A stretch of 64,000 nt of DNA from Octopus vulgaris (taxonomy: Eukaryota): the NCBI GenBank assembly GCA_951406725.2, contig OX597829.1, forward strand, positions 5,580,001 to 5,644,000, given 5' to 3'. This document shows, piece by piece, positions 16,880 to 30,163 of this stretch; the stretch's first letter is position 1; the number at the start of each line of letters is the position of its first letter. Position numbers and translations under genes: made by a program. The notes under the pieces were generated by a model. That model worked only from the letters and a program-made list of their open reading frames with translations. It did not search any database and was not told the DNA's origin.

Positions 16880-17400
16880 CATAATTGAAAGAATCTTATT
16901 GCATGATACTGTACAAACTAGTGCTTTGTTTTTGTTTTGTATTGTATGTTACATTGAAATCTTTCTCTGTGATATATGTAGAAAGCTTTGCTTAGTAACA
17001 CTATTTTCTTCGCTACGTTTTTCTATAAGTTCAGGAAAGAGAGGTCGTGTATGAATTTTCTATCAGGTTTCAAGTATCTATTTCCAGTTCATCATATTTC
17101 TATTGCTTTCTCATTTCTTTTAGAAATGCATTTTCTTCTATCAAAGCTGGTGGTGGAAAGTTCTCCTTTGATAACAATATCCGTCCAATTAACACTGAAT
17201 ATTCTCGATTGACTGTATAGATTGGCATGTCTCAAAATATTGTTATTTTGTCATTGTCTGGGTCCATTTCTGGAGTATGCTTATTTCACCGCTCTTCTGT
17301 TGACATCGCATCCAGTGTATGAAAGTTCAAAATGTGCCATACCTCAATATGTATTATATCTGAATATTTACAGACATTATGTTTAATTACTTAACAATCT
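16880..17400 (-). mobile_element. Highly decayed R4/Dong endonuclease fragment
   Basis: Hand translation KHTPEMDPDNDKITIF*DMPIYTVNRE matches the ..ENDK.TILWDMPIHTDRE motif seen in other copies. Confidence 0.55.
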
Positions 17401-19259
17401 CCACTTACTATTCAGCTACTAGTTGGAAGTTTTTGATTCTGTACCGCATTCAATTTTCCAGATGTCTCAATTTCGAGTCATGCGTTTCTTGGGACGATTG
17501 TTTTGTTTATTTTTTTGATTTTTTTTTTTTGCTTGTTTTTCTCCAATATGTGCAGTTTTCTTTATTAATATCTTATTTTGGTATTAGTCATGTATGAATT
17601 TTTATTATTAGACTTTGAGTATTCTGTTGTGATAACAAAAAATAGTTTTGTTTTGTAATGTAGCGACAAAGTCACGCTTCGATCTTTTACTAAATAATAT
17701 TCCAAATGAGAGATGAAAGCGTTTTCTGGAAACAGGAATATCAAATAACAAGAACAGACTGAAGATGACCATTTGTGAGATTACAACCAAAGGTGATTAT
17801 TTGTACGCTTACGACGAAGATGAGTATTTGTGAGCTGGTAATCAAAATGGCCAATACTATATAAAAAAAAAAAAAAAGAAACAAAAATATGCCAACATCA
17901 TAGAAGGCCATAAAAAGATGAAAAGTTGACACAGCAGAAATGGGAGGGGATTTTTGACACAAAGCGTTTCTACCAAATTATCCATGCAAAAATATAGAAT
18001 GTAATTTATATACGTAGAAGCAAAGTAAAGAAGGCAACAGTTTTTCATAATGATAGCTTATAACCATAAGAATGTTTTCTTATATTGGCACAAGGTTACA
18101 AAATATACGAGTAGGATATCAGTAAATGACTAACCCTCGTTTTAGCTACCCTCAGTATAATGAATAGTAAAATCGACCTCGTTTTGGCGTTCATATTAAC
18201 AAAAGGGAACAGCTGGTTAAATGTACCTCAATTGACAACTGCCATGTATTATATTGACCCATGAAGAATGGAAATTATTCTGCTTCGGTAGAAATTGAAC
18301 ACCGCACGTCCAATATTTACAAGGCGTATTCTGTTGTAACCATTTTCTTGTGGTGATTTACCATTTGAAATAATACACACGAGCTTCACTAACTTTTCTT
18401 GAAAAACTATACATTACGACAGAAGGGCAATTCCTTTGCTAGAGACAAACTTTACGAACAAACTCACTCACTCTCTCTCTCTCTCACTCTCCCCCCTCTC
18501 TCTCTCTCATTCTCACACACACGCACGATCATAAAGAAAAAATAAAAATACATAGAAATAAATGTACACAGTTTTTGATTCAGAAAGAAATCAATATTTA
18601 AGATGTAAAGATATTTACATCTTACAGTTCATCGTGATGTCTTCAAAATCAGTTTGCACAACACTGCACACGTGACAGTTTTTATGATAATTTTCTAGCG
18701 CTTTGACTTTTTTTTTTTTTTTTACTTCTGTTTCTTTTGCATAAAATTGTTTTGTAGATTTTTTCTAGTTTATTTTTCTCTGTAGCAATAACAGTGATAA
18801 CATTCAAAAAGTGGTGGTAAATATTTTACAAAAATCAAAGACAGAATTTTATTTCAGTCCGTGGTATTTAAGAAAACAGAAAATCTTGTATAAATCCATA
18901 TTTTTATAGTTATTTGTTGAAATATTTTTCTTCGTTTTCTATTACATTTTATTTTGCTTGCAACATATTACAGTCTACATTATAATCAAAACTGTTAGTT
19001 ACTTTAGTTTACGGTGAGAACAAAGAAGGCTCTTTCACATCTGCCCCAAAGTAATTTTTTTTCTTTCACACAATTACTTTTGCAAATATAGACTATCACT
19101 GTCATCTCAAATTATTCTAACAAGAATAAAAAACAGATCTACGAATTTGGCTTCTGCCAATTTCTCTTTGGAACTATCAAAGCCTCGAATAATTCGGTGT
19201 GAATGTTTTTCCAATTTTGTTTGAGATTCTACTGATTCTACTATTCACTGTCATTAGTA

Positions 19260-19260
<1 letters not shown>

Positions 19261-19290
<30 letters not shown>

Positions 19291-19428
19291 AAGAAGAAGA
19301 AGAAGAAGAAGAAGAAGAAGAAGAAGAAGAAGAAGAACAACAACAACAACAACAACAACAACGACGACGACGACGACAACAACAACAATAATAGCAAAAA
19401 CAACAACAATAACAATAAAACAACGGTA
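19261..19428. repeat. (GAA)n-(CAA)n-(CGA)n compound microsatellite
   Basis: Directly visible. Confidence 0.97.
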
Positions 19429-19429
19429 A

Positions 19430-19650
19430 TAATCCCTTCTACTATAATAAGCACAGGGTTTGAAATCTTAGGGGAGGGGGTAATCGATTACATCGACTGC
19501 ATTGTGTTCTTATTGTATCAACCTCGAAAGGGAGAATGGTAAAGTAGACCTTGCTGGAATTTGAATTCAGAACGTAAAGAACTGGGAGAAAGACACTAAT
19601 CGTTTTGTTCGACGCTCAAACGATTCTGTCAGTTTGCTGACTTCATTGTA
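19430..19650 (-). mobile_element. Nin-domain tRNA-SINE, diverged
   Basis: tcgattacatcgac..cgaaagg..aaagtagacc..ggaatttgaattcagaacgt is the reverse complement of the 59594 family. Confidence 0.75.
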
Positions 19651-19659
19651 ATAATTGTA

Positions 19660-21230
19660 TAAACGTCTGAGCTGTTTTGCGGGGCTTTCGCTCCTTCTCC
19701 TGTCAGCTATATCCACAAAATCCGAGCGTGCATTCGACATTGCATTCCAGTCTCCCACTAGAACTAAACAAAATGATGTTCCCAGAAAAACCTCCAGACA
19801 CAGGAAGAAATCGAGCGTTGCGTCTCTGTCTGTGCATAAGCTGCTGCTAGTCTGAAGTTATCCCTTCGCTACTGCGCACATCCAAGACCACTAGCTTACC
19901 TTCTGGTAAATTGGTAAGATGGTCTGTACCGAACAGCTCTGCTTCCTATCCGCCGCAAATTTCGTATCCCTTGGAAATGGGCATGAAGAGATGTGGATAA
20001 GAAAATCTGGTCTCGCTGATGACCATTGCATCTATAACTCGGGACCCGAGGTCATTTTGCATGAGGTCCTGCTTTCCAGATGATTCAAGGCTATGTACAT
20101 TCACACTGCCTGTTCTGAGTACAGCTATATTTGTCAAGAAGAAATAAGAAAGGAATTACTTAATCTATTCCTTTGGTAGGACAGGTGCTTCTTTCTTCAG
20201 GTTATCTCTTCTTCTCACGAGAGGTACTTTATATAATCTTTTGTTCATATTTCCCGTGGAAGATCCCACTTCTTTGGACTATCTATTTTTTGTAAATGGT
20301 ATATCTGTTGTGAAATTTGAATAATTTTTATATATGGTGGAATGCTATTACTTAATGTGATGTTGTTATAGTGTGGGATATTTTTATTTTAATGCATGTA
20401 GTTCACTGGTGTTTTATTAGCTTTTGTAGCTATGCAGTTAATGATTTCTTCTTTTCTGTTCATGTTGTATGATGATTGTTGGTGAGTGTATGAATTTGGT
20501 AATGGTGTCTGTGATAGCAGTGGCGGAGATAATGATCTTGGTAATGCAGTTGTAACTACTGTTCCGGTTGGTGTTAGTACATTGTTATTTGAAGGCATTT
20601 TCCCCATTTATTTGTATCGCCCAGTTTTCTATTAGGCAAACTTTTGTTCCCATATTTTTCTTTTGTTAATGTTGGCCTTTTGGTTTCCACCCCGTCACCT
20701 TCGCAACATGAGATGTCTATGTGGTGTGAGCTGGACAGGGTCATTACTAAGTGTGTTTTGTTATGTTGTTGGTATAACTGTTGTTGTTTTAGTGTTTTCT
20801 GTTGCTGTTTTTATTGCTGCTGTCTGCGATACGGTGGTCTTTGATGTCGGTGTGTTTTCTGCTGTTTTAGATGCTTTTGTTTCTGCCCTCAATTGCCATG
20901 TATAGTTTTATTCCGTCTAACAGGCTAATCAGATTCAAGATAGGTTTCATGCTTTTGTGATCTTGTTGGATCAATAGCTCCATCACTAGGCTCGACTAAT
21001 TTGTGTTCTGTAGCCTCTGAACTTATTGATTGGTGGTTTTAACATCTATATCAAAAAGGACAGCTGCCACCAAACAGAAGATGTTTAATTTTGGTGGTAC
21101 GTTAAATATCTTTATTTTAACTACCCCACAGCCAAGAAAGGTTGAGATAAGGGTTGTTACACGGTGTTTCTGGCCGGAACCTCTGTAGGAAATCTTATCT
21201 CGACAGTACCGTTCTTTTCTTTCTGGTGAG
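19660..21230 (-). mobile_element. Tx1/L1-clade LINE 5' part: ORF1-like region plus apurinic-endonuclease remnant
   Basis: LRTGSVNVHSL..DAMVISETR (APE N-terminal motifs), GDWNA, TDHL (SDH-like). Upstream sequence is T/Q/K-rich and ORF1-like. Confidence 0.75.
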
Positions 21231-21244
21231 GGAAGAAATCGGTT

Positions 21245-21365
21245 AAAGTCTGGTACTTATTTAATCAGTAACTTTTGTCGAATCGTTAAGTTACAAGACG
21301 GTAAAACCAACACCGGTTGTCAAGCGTTGGTAGGAGCCAAACGCAGACACAGACAAAATAGATAC
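21245..21365 (-). mobile_element. CORE-type SINE 3' fragment
   Basis: tttgtcgaatcgttaagttac..caccggttgtcaagcgttggt matches 52430-52500. Confidence 0.65.
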
Positions 21366-22605
21366 AGTGATTTGTTATTGTGTCGCCTGCTCTACTTCTG
21401 CCGCTCAGGTTTTACATTCCACAATTCCACTGTTTGGTGCCAGGAGGATTCATATAAACTGATTGCGACGTTTCATCTACTTGCATTTGGCAATATTTCA
21501 AAGAATAAATCATATTTATTTTCACGGTGAACCCGCAAATGCTAGATTTGCAAGTTGTCGCGTTGTCGTATTTTGTGTTAGCTTTAACGGTGTTGGTCGC
21601 AGCGACGGTAGAACATGTTTGTACATTGGATAGATAATTGGATTTCGGTTTTTTTTTTATGGTCACATTTTGCTGTTGTTTCCGTGGTTGAGGTTTTCAG
21701 TTATTTCTGTTGTTCCTTTCATTTGCCTTATTCACGTTATTTTTGTTTTTGATGCCTCAGTCACCATTGATGGTGGCAGTGATAGTGGAGATGAGATGCT
21801 ATGTTGTAAAGGTGGGATGTCGGTGAGAAAACAGCTTTTCAAATCTGATTCCACTCCCTTGACTATTTGGTGAAAAGTTCGACACTAGATTTTATTTTAG
21901 CTTTTTTTCTTTTCTTTTCTTTTCTTTTCTTTTTTAATGAGTATAATTTAAGAAAATATCACACAAGTTTCGCCTCGAAATTTAACAGAGACAATTATCC
22001 TGAGAAGACGTTGGCTGTTTTACTAATAAGGTGGAGCAACAAAAATACTAAATAACTTCATTGAAAGCAATACAATTTAACAATAATTCACGAGATTCGA
22101 AACGATGTTCTCACTTATATGATGGTAATAAGTAGTGGTTCGCCCTAAAAAGGGCGATTAGAATAGAAGCGATAAGGTTTAGCTAAAGACTAGCAGTAGA
22201 AAGAAACAGAGCAGAGGCGGAGCTAGTCAGGAAGTTAGATGAGGCCTCTAAAAAAGCTTACTTATTTAATTACTTTATCATTTCATTATATGTAAACCCC
22301 AAAACTTTATGCCTGCCTTTGTATTGACCACATACATACGTACATATATATATCACGAACTAACTGTTACTTTCTCAGATGCAGCACGAAGTTTTGTCAG
22401 TGAAGAGGTCGCGGTCTGAAAGCGAGGAAAATATTTTGACAAATTAAATTTAAATGTTGAAGTGAATCGAACGGTTTTTGTGTGTTTCTTTAATGGCTTA
22501 TAAACACCTTCCACGCTGCAATTGTTTTCGTTCCAGCACACGATCTCAGATCAAGTCACTCGCTATGCAAGTACATCTCCGTAATATATATATATATATA
22601 TATAT

Positions 22606-23351
22606 CATTTTTCATTTTCATTTTAATTTTCATTTTATCTAGTTTCAGCTCACGAGCTGTGACCATGCTGGGGCACCGTTATTCGGTGTTGCTATATGAT
22701 TTTACTTCACGAATGCTTTTTTAGCAATTAACATTTGGTGGATGAGAGAGTTTGATGCAGCTGCCCTCATCTGCACCTCCTGCCGTGAAGTTGGTTCATC
22801 TGGGACACCTGACAGGAAGAGGTCCAGTTTTATTTTAAAGACATCTGCTTCCACCCCATGCAGGTCTCTCAGGTCCTTCGGGAGGATATTGAAAAGATGT
22901 GGACCTCTGAAGCCCAGGCTATCACAGCATCTTGTCCTACATCTTGATGGAAAATTTGGAGTCCTTGGCACTATGCAGTGGCGCCCAGTTCTTGTATTTG
23001 TGTAACTCTCGATGCCAAAGTTTGGGACAAGTCCTTCCAGGATCTTCCAGTTGTATATTATGGCAAATCTTTCTCGCCTACGCTTTAAGGAATAGAGTCT
23101 TAATCTCTTGAGTCTTTCCCAATAGCTTATATGCTGCACAGAGGCTATCTTCTTCGTGTAGCTTCGTTGGATTGCCTCGAGTTCTGTGATTAACTTGACA
23201 CTGATTGGTGACCATAGCTGAGAGCAATAGTCAAAGTGGCTTAGGACAAGTGTCCTCCAGAGGCCCATCATGGATTCCTGGTCTCTTGTTCTGAAAGCTC
23301 TAAGAATCCATCCGGTCAGCCGCCTACATTTCATTGCCAACTTAGCAACAT
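22606..23351 (-). mobile_element. CR1-clade LINE 3' end, young, RT thumb/C-terminus in an unbroken frame
   Basis: GWILRAFRTRD..LWRTLVLSHFDYCSQLWSP..LEAIQRSYTKKI..SYWERLKRLRLYSLKRRRER..FNILPKDLR..FKIKLDLFL. 3' tail (TGAAAA)n; 5'-truncated at (TA)n. Confidence 0.9.
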
Positions 23352-23560
<209 letters not shown>

Positions 23561-23683
23561 TTATTTATATTATTATATGATCGAACACCACGCATCCTTT
23601 TCCAATTAGTTTTATTCTTATAATGTCATATTTGAATATCAAACCGACGATAGCACCTCAGTGCAATATTTCATTGCCTTTAA

Positions 23684-23865
23684 GGCGGCGTGCTGGCAGA
23701 ATCGTTAGGGGCAAAATGTTTAGTGGTATTTTCGTCCGTCTTTTCGTTCTGAGTTCAAATTCCTCCAGCGTCAAGTTTTACTTTCATCCTTTCAGGGTCG
23801 ATAAAATAAGTACCAGTTGAGCACTGAAGTCCATGTAATTGACTCATTCCCTTCCCCGAACTTAC
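23684..23865 (+). mobile_element. Nin-domain tRNA-SINE
   Basis: GGCGGCG.GCTGGCAGAATCGTTAG head (A box), GAGTTCAAATT B box, Nin core tttcatcctttcagggtcgataaaataagtaccag. Confidence 0.88.
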
Positions 23866-23939
23866 TGAAAACAAAACAGACTCTAATTACTGACTGTATT
23901 ATCACACAGTTTATAATATCATACAAGTCATAATACCAT

Positions 23940-24095
23940 ATTGGTTTCAAACTTTGGCAGAAAACCAGCAATTTAGTAGGAGGGAATAAGTCGATTACAC
24001 CAACCCCAGTGCTCAGCTGGTACTTATTCTATCAACCCTGAAAGGATAAAAGACTCAGTCGATCTCGCTAAACATTTTGCCCGGTATGCTAATGA
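23940..24095 (-). mobile_element. Nin-domain tRNA-SINE, partial
   Basis: aagtcgattacaccaaccccagtgctcagctggtacttattctatcaaccctgaaaggat. Confidence 0.8.
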
Positions 24096-24332
24096 TTGTT
24101 TCATGTTGTGTGATTACACTAATATTTTACGAGGGTTATTTTGTTGCCGCATGAAATTCAGTTTAACTCCATCACTTGGTTCAGATGAGTATTTTAGTGA
24201 ACCAAGTACACCTCGCTTCCTTAGCTGGCCACTCGTGTTTTACTTGTTGGCTATTCAGGCTGCGCATTATTCTCGCTTGCCTGGGAGAGCCTAAAAAGGT
24301 CGTGCTGTCTTTCGTATATAACAAGGACAGTG

Positions 24333-24564
<232 letters not shown>

Positions 24565-25055
24565 ACAAACGCACTAAATCCGTCAACGTCAACCATAATA
24601 GGTTGGAATTCCTATGTGAAAGTTAAATACAATGTCACTAATCTTGATGAGGAGAGTGTAATTTACTTAATTGCTCTAATTACTTGATTAGTTTGTATGT
24701 TATTGATTTCAGAAAGATGAAAGGCCAAGTCGATCTCGGCGTGATTTGAACACAGATCTACACACCGCAAGCTATGTGTGTTCCATCACATCTTACCGAA
24801 TCTGCCAGTTGTATAAAGAAGGTGCGGGGTAGTAGTTAGAGTGGGGGGAACGTATAATAGTAGTAACGATAGTGGTGGTGGTGGTGATAGTGATAGCTAA
24901 GATGGAGGTGGTGGTGGTGGTGTTAGTAGTGGTATTAGAGGTAGGGACAATTATGGTAAAGGTGTTGCTGCTGCTGCTGCTTGTGATTTTTGTGACGGAT
25001 TAACAAAGAAAAACACACACACACAAAGAAAACTCATTAACAATAACAAATATAT

Positions 25056-25340
25056 ATTTCCTTACTACCCACAAGGGGCTACACACAGAGGGGACAAACA
25101 AGGAGAGACAAACAGATTAAGTCGATTACATCGACCCCAGTGCGTAACTGGTACTTGATTTATCGACCCCGAAAGGATGAAAGGCAAAGTCGACCTCGGC
25201 GGAATTTGCACTCAGAACATAACGGCAGACGAAATACGGCTACGCACTTCGCCCGGCGTGTTAACGTTTCTGCCAGCTCACTGCCTTAAAATACTACAAG
25301 GCATTTTGCCCGGCGTGCTGGCCATCCTGCCAGTTCGCCA
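25056..25340 (-). mobile_element. Nin-domain tRNA-SINE, full length, plus an extra head fragment (25301-25340)
   Basis: Reverse complement of 59594-59824 with high identity. Confidence 0.92.
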
Positions 25341-25619
25341 ATAATAACAAATATAACGTGAACATTAGTTTTATTTAGAACACCAACGTAGACAACATTA
25401 AGCGAAAGCCACATCGAATCGAAGAAGGAACCTCTACGCAGTCATCCAACGTGCTAGCAAACCAAATTTTCCGACAGTTGTATTTGCCAAGTTAAAAATG
25501 AGATATGTTCAATGGTAATATGTAAGGTACACTAGATCTTAAGTGAGACTCCCCACCCACCACCCCCAAAAAAAAAAAAAAAAGAAAGGTTTGAATATAG
25601 CTGGAATGGCCTTGATCGT

Positions 25620-25644
25620 AGGTCAGGACAGGTCAGCTGGGTCA
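25620..25644 (+). promoter_or_regulatory. Candidate nuclear-receptor response element (overlapping DR4 + DR3)
   Basis: AGGTCA-ggac-AGGTCA-gct-GGGTCA in non-repetitive sequence. Motif match only; function untested. Confidence 0.35.
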
Positions 25645-26109
25645 GAACAGTCTGCGAAGTCAACAGCATCAACAACAGCAACAGCAGCAACAACAACGGG
25701 AATCTCATTTTCTTAGTAAGGGTGCGTCTCTGTCTGCCTGTCTCCCCTCCCTCCCCCTCCCCCTCTCTCAGCGCAAAAGAAAAAAAAAAACTAAATGAAA
25801 AAGAAGGAAAGATTTTCCGATGGGTAAACATAGCAAACCAACAAACAAATACATCTGACATAGCCATCTGTCCTCCCACTATGTACCTTAGAAGCGGAAA
25901 CACTTGAGTGAGGGTGTAAAGAAGCGAAGGGGTCCCAATTAGTAAAATACTGCCAAATTTTTATTGGTGGATAATTACATACGTCATGTGTCAGTAAAGA
26001 CGGACGTCCTGCATGGAATGGCAGAAAAACACAGGTGGTTGTATTGGTGGTGGTAGTAGCTGTATGATGTTCTTGTTGATGTCGTTAGTGTTGTTGTTGT
26101 TGTTATTAA

Positions 26110-26318
26110 GGCGGCGATCTGGCAGAATCGTTAGCATGCCGGGCGAAATGCTTATAGAAATTTCATCCGCCTTGACGTTCTGAGTTCGAGATTTACTTTG
26201 CCTTTTATCCTTTCAGGGTCGATAAATTAAGTACCAGTGAAACACTGGTGGTTGATGCAATCGACTATATCCCCCCCCAATGATTTCAGGCCTTGTGCCG
26301 ATAGTAGAAAGGATTATT
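26110..26318 (+). mobile_element. Nin-domain tRNA-SINE
   Basis: ggcggcgatctggcagaatcgttagc..gagttcgag..tcctttcagggtcgataaattaagtaccag. Confidence 0.9.
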
Positions 26319-26341
26319 ATCATTTTTATTCAATAGACTTA

Positions 26342-26503
26342 GGCGCAGGAGTGGCTGTGTGGTAAGTAGCTTGCTAACCAACCACATGGTTCCGGGTTCA
26401 GTCCCACTGCGTGGCATCTTGGGCAAGTGTCTTCTGCTATAGCCCCGGGCCGACCAATGCCTTGTGAGTGGATTTGGTAGACGGAAACTGAAAGTAGCCT
26501 GTC

Positions 26504-26549
<46 letters not shown>

Positions 26550-26712
26550 TTGTGTGCTGGTGTGTTTACATCCCCGTCTCTTAGCGGTTCGGCAAAAAGA
26601 GACCGATAGAATAAGTACTGGGCTTACAAAGAATAAGTCCCGGGGTCGATTTGCTCGACTAAAGGCGGTGCTCCAGCATGGCCGCAGTCAAATGACTGAA
26701 ACAGGTAAAAGA
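26342..26712 (+). mobile_element. CORE-type tRNA-SINE (octopus OR2-like) with internal (TA)/(TG) tract
   Basis: TGGCTGTGTGGTAAG A box, GGTTCAGTCCC B box, cttgggcaagt CORE-like motif. Near-identical to 46323 and 63398. Confidence 0.9.
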
Positions 26713-26744
26713 AAAAAAAAAAAGAAAAGAAAAAGACTTATTTT

Positions 26745-28806
26745 TATCACATGCGTTCACTGCATTGCCAAGTGCAGCTCTGTGTGCCTTGGGTTTGTGC
26801 TGTGGTTTGTTATGGTGCTCTCATTTTCACTTGAAAATTTACGGAGGATATGCGCAGTGGCAACAGCACTATTTTCTCTATGTTATATACATTCGTAAGT
26901 CCAAGTGTTTTGGTTATATATTTGTCTGAATGTTTTTTCTTAATACTACCTAATGCACCTATTATTATAGGGACTGTTTCTGTTTTGGGGGTCCACATTC
27001 GAGTTTTTTCTCTTTCCAGATCTTTGAATTCTGTGAATTTCTCCATTTCTTTTAGAGATACATTGTCATTTGTCGGTATTAATACATCGTTTAGTATGCA
27101 TTTTTTATCCTTGGTGATCTCTGACAACTATATCCGGTCTGATAGCCTTAATTTTTCTGTCTGCGTGTATCGGTATTTCCCAGAGTATGGTTGCATTGTC
27201 ATTTTCTGAGGCCTCTTCTGTGGTGTCCCTACACCATCTTTTTTCTGTTGTCATTCCATAGCATTGGTATAGCTTCCAGTGTATATAGGTCTCAACGCTG
27301 TCATATCTGTGGATATATTCATTCTTAGCCAGAACTGGGCAGCCAGAGACAATATGATTTATAGGTACTTCTCCATCGCCACATATTCTGCAGGTACTTA
27401 TTGTATTTTTATTCGTTATGTTTCTTGTTGGGAGGCTTTGATCTTGTGCTGCGATTAAAATCCACCAGCCTCTGCTTTGAGTCCTGAGCTTCTCAGCCAT
27501 TGTTGGGATTTTACATTAGTCTATTTCTTTTCTGTTTAGCTTATCCTAATATTTACCATGTAAGGGCTTTTCTTGCCAACATTTTATCCTGATACTTTGT
27601 TGTCCCAGTTTTAGTTTGGATTTCAGTTGTTTTACAGTTGTTTTACAGTTTTTGGTGTTTCCTCTTTTTCTTCATAGTTGTCAGGTACCATGACTTCTTT
27701 TTTTACAGCTTCCTTAAGGACAGAAAGTAATATTTTTGCTTTGCTCGTATTTTGTAGCTATTTGTGTCAGTCTTTGCTTCTGAATTAAGTATTTTTGCAG
27801 TCCTATGGTGGTTATTTTTTAATAGTTTTCTAGTTGTTTAAGGTCTCTACCACCCTCAATTCGTTTTATATATAATCTTTCTGTCAGATTTTGGGTGGTG
27901 CATCCTAAATTCTGTCATTATTTTTCTGGTTTTCCTGTCTAGTTTTCTTAGTTCATTCAGAGTCCAATTAAGAATATTGTAGTCGGCACGGTTAGAGTGT
28001 TGATACCTATTATCTTTTTTTTTTTGCATTGAGCTCTGTTTTAAGTATTAATTTAACATGTCTATAGTATTCCTTCCTTATCTTGTCTTTCATTTGTGTG
28101 CGTTGTACCGTATTTAGTTCATTGATTCCTGAATATTTGTATGTTTGGCTTTGGTCTAATTCTCTTATTTCATTTACTTTATCTAGTGTGAAGTTGCTAC
28201 TCTTAACTAGTTTTCTTCTTTTCAAGGTTGCTTTGGCACATTTTTCAAAGCCGAATTTCATGTTAATTTCTTTGGCAAATCCATGAACTGTCTGTAGAAA
28301 GGTTTCCAGTTGTTTGTTATTTACAGCATACAGTTTTAGATCATCCATATGCAAGAGATGGTTGATTGTTTTACTGTAGCAGTTGTATCCACATCCAATT
28401 TTGTTTTATATGTCAGTTAAAGGCGTCAATGCCAAGCAGAAAAGGAGTGGAGAAAGTGAACTTCCTTGGAATATTACTCTTCTAATGGGGATGGCTTTAG
28501 TTTTTATGAGTCTGGAACTACAGTACTGTTTGCCGTTTACTCATGGAATCTTTTATATACTTTATTATTATTGGTGCTACTTTGTTCATGGCTAGTATTT
28601 CCAGGATACATGTGAGGGGAATACTGTCAAAATTGATTCAAGCCATGCTTAGACTCCTCTTTTTCTTTCGGCTGTCTTCAGTTATGGCTTTTATTGATGA
28701 ATAACTGATTTTTACCGCCATATGAACCCTTGCAGCATCTCTTCTGCTCTTCTGGAAACGAGCCGTTTTCTTCCAGCTGTTTGCTCATTCTCTGCGATAT
28801 TATTGC
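26745..28806 (-). mobile_element. Decayed R4/Dong element (RT to endonuclease, plus 3'UTR)
   Basis: INHLLHMDDLKLYA (YxDD region), MKFGFEKCA, YKYSGI, AAQDQSLPTRN, CRICG..INHIVSGCPVLA, ILWEIPIHADRKIKAIRPDIVV, VPIIIGALG. Confidence 0.92.
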
Positions 28807-28807
<1 letters not shown>

Positions 28808-28837
<30 letters not shown>

Positions 28838-28947
28838 CTTCTTCTTCTTCTTCTTCTTCTTCTTCTTCTTCTTCTTCTTCTTCTTCTTCTTCTTCTTCTT
28901 CTTCTTCTTCTTCGTCTTCTTCTTCTTCGTCTTCTTCTTCTTCTTCA

Positions 28948-29043
<96 letters not shown>
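28808..29043. repeat. (TTC)n-(TTA)n compound microsatellite
   Basis: Directly visible. Confidence 0.99.
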
Positions 29044-29044
<1 letters not shown>

Positions 29045-29334
29045 TGGTTTGAGCAAAGTTCGATCTTATCCCTGGTAGAATTTATGTGGATAGCGGGTTA
29101 CTACCTGTAATCTTAGGTATCCACAAGTTTTCAGTAGTCTTTCAAGTGCTTAGAACCTCCTGATGATCCTGGCTGTCCTTAAGAGACAAACTTTCTGTAG
29201 GAGCTCTACTTCCTATTCTATTCTAATTTTTTTCAGCCATGTTTGCTTATTGTTCCAAACGCACCAATATTTATATGCATGATCATTAGTTCTCATACTC
29301 CAAATTCTTCTTATTTCAAATTTAAAGGATTGTA

Positions 29335-29373
<39 letters not shown>

Positions 29374-29465
29374 CTTCGTCCTCTTTATTTTCGATCCTAG
29401 AATTAAACGGGCATGATGGGGCGATAAGAAAGCAACTTCGTTTTTCGTTATCTGTAATTATTATT
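29044..29465 (-). mobile_element. R4/Dong 3' fragment, same subfamily as 3625-4435, split by (TG)n
   Basis: KRSCFLIAPSCPFNSRIENKEDE..FKFEIRRIW. The 3'UTR ccacataaattctaccagggataagatcgaac matches 4389-4430. Confidence 0.85.
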
Positions 29466-29542
29466 GCTGTAACAACAACAACAACAACAACAACGATGAC
29501 GACGAAAACAATAGCAACAACAACAATAATAATAATTATTAT

Positions 29543-30045
29543 TTGGTGCAAACTCACAGCTTATTTTCTGGGGTATGATGGAAAGTGTCAGCTGACCACA
29601 ACCAGAAGACTAAGGTGACACTCTGCGAAGAACTCTTGCAATTCCAAGCAATGATGATCTTTGTAGGCGTTCTACCTTTACAATTATACCAATCATTTTG
29701 GGCCACGTTGGTAGTTGGGTGCTTATACTTCTAAGTGCGCCAATTACGACTGGTGTCACGTCTCCTCTCTTCATTGACCACAACCTTCATATTTCCCACT
29801 TCAAATCGTCATAATTCTTCAATTTTTCTTTTTCTTTCTCTTTGATCCTGTTGTCGCCGGGACATGCTCCGGTGTAATACATGTAATACAACACAGATAT
29901 TAAAATTTTATAGGGTTTTTCTAAGGATGTGGGCAATACATCGGTTTTTTTAAATCATACCTAGGGCACTTACAATATATAATAACAGGAACAGGTATGG
30001 CTTTTAAGTACCACATCTTTTGTATTTCAATTTCTAGCTCCTTGT
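29543..30045 (-). mobile_element. Two short R4/Dong 3' fragments
   Basis: ACPGDNRIKEKEKEKLKNYDDLKWEI..VTPVVIGAL (to 29870); KELEIEIQKMWYLKAIPVPV (29920-30045). Confidence 0.8.
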
Positions 30046-30131
30046 GTGTGGGGGAGTATATGTGAGGTATGTGTGCATTCTTGTGAGCGCGTGCATGTAT
30101 GTGTTTGTGTATATATATATATATATGTACA

Positions 30132-30163
<32 letters not shown>

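Noticed and set aside
22395-22435. Hammerhead-like GTGAAGAG..GAAAG in a repeat-like island between TA tracts
   Set aside because: The first core base is G rather than C, helix II is weak, and there is no convincing helix I or III.
26110-26420. tRNA-like A/B boxes
   Set aside because: These are SINE heads repeated many times with SINE bodies; no complete cloverleaf.
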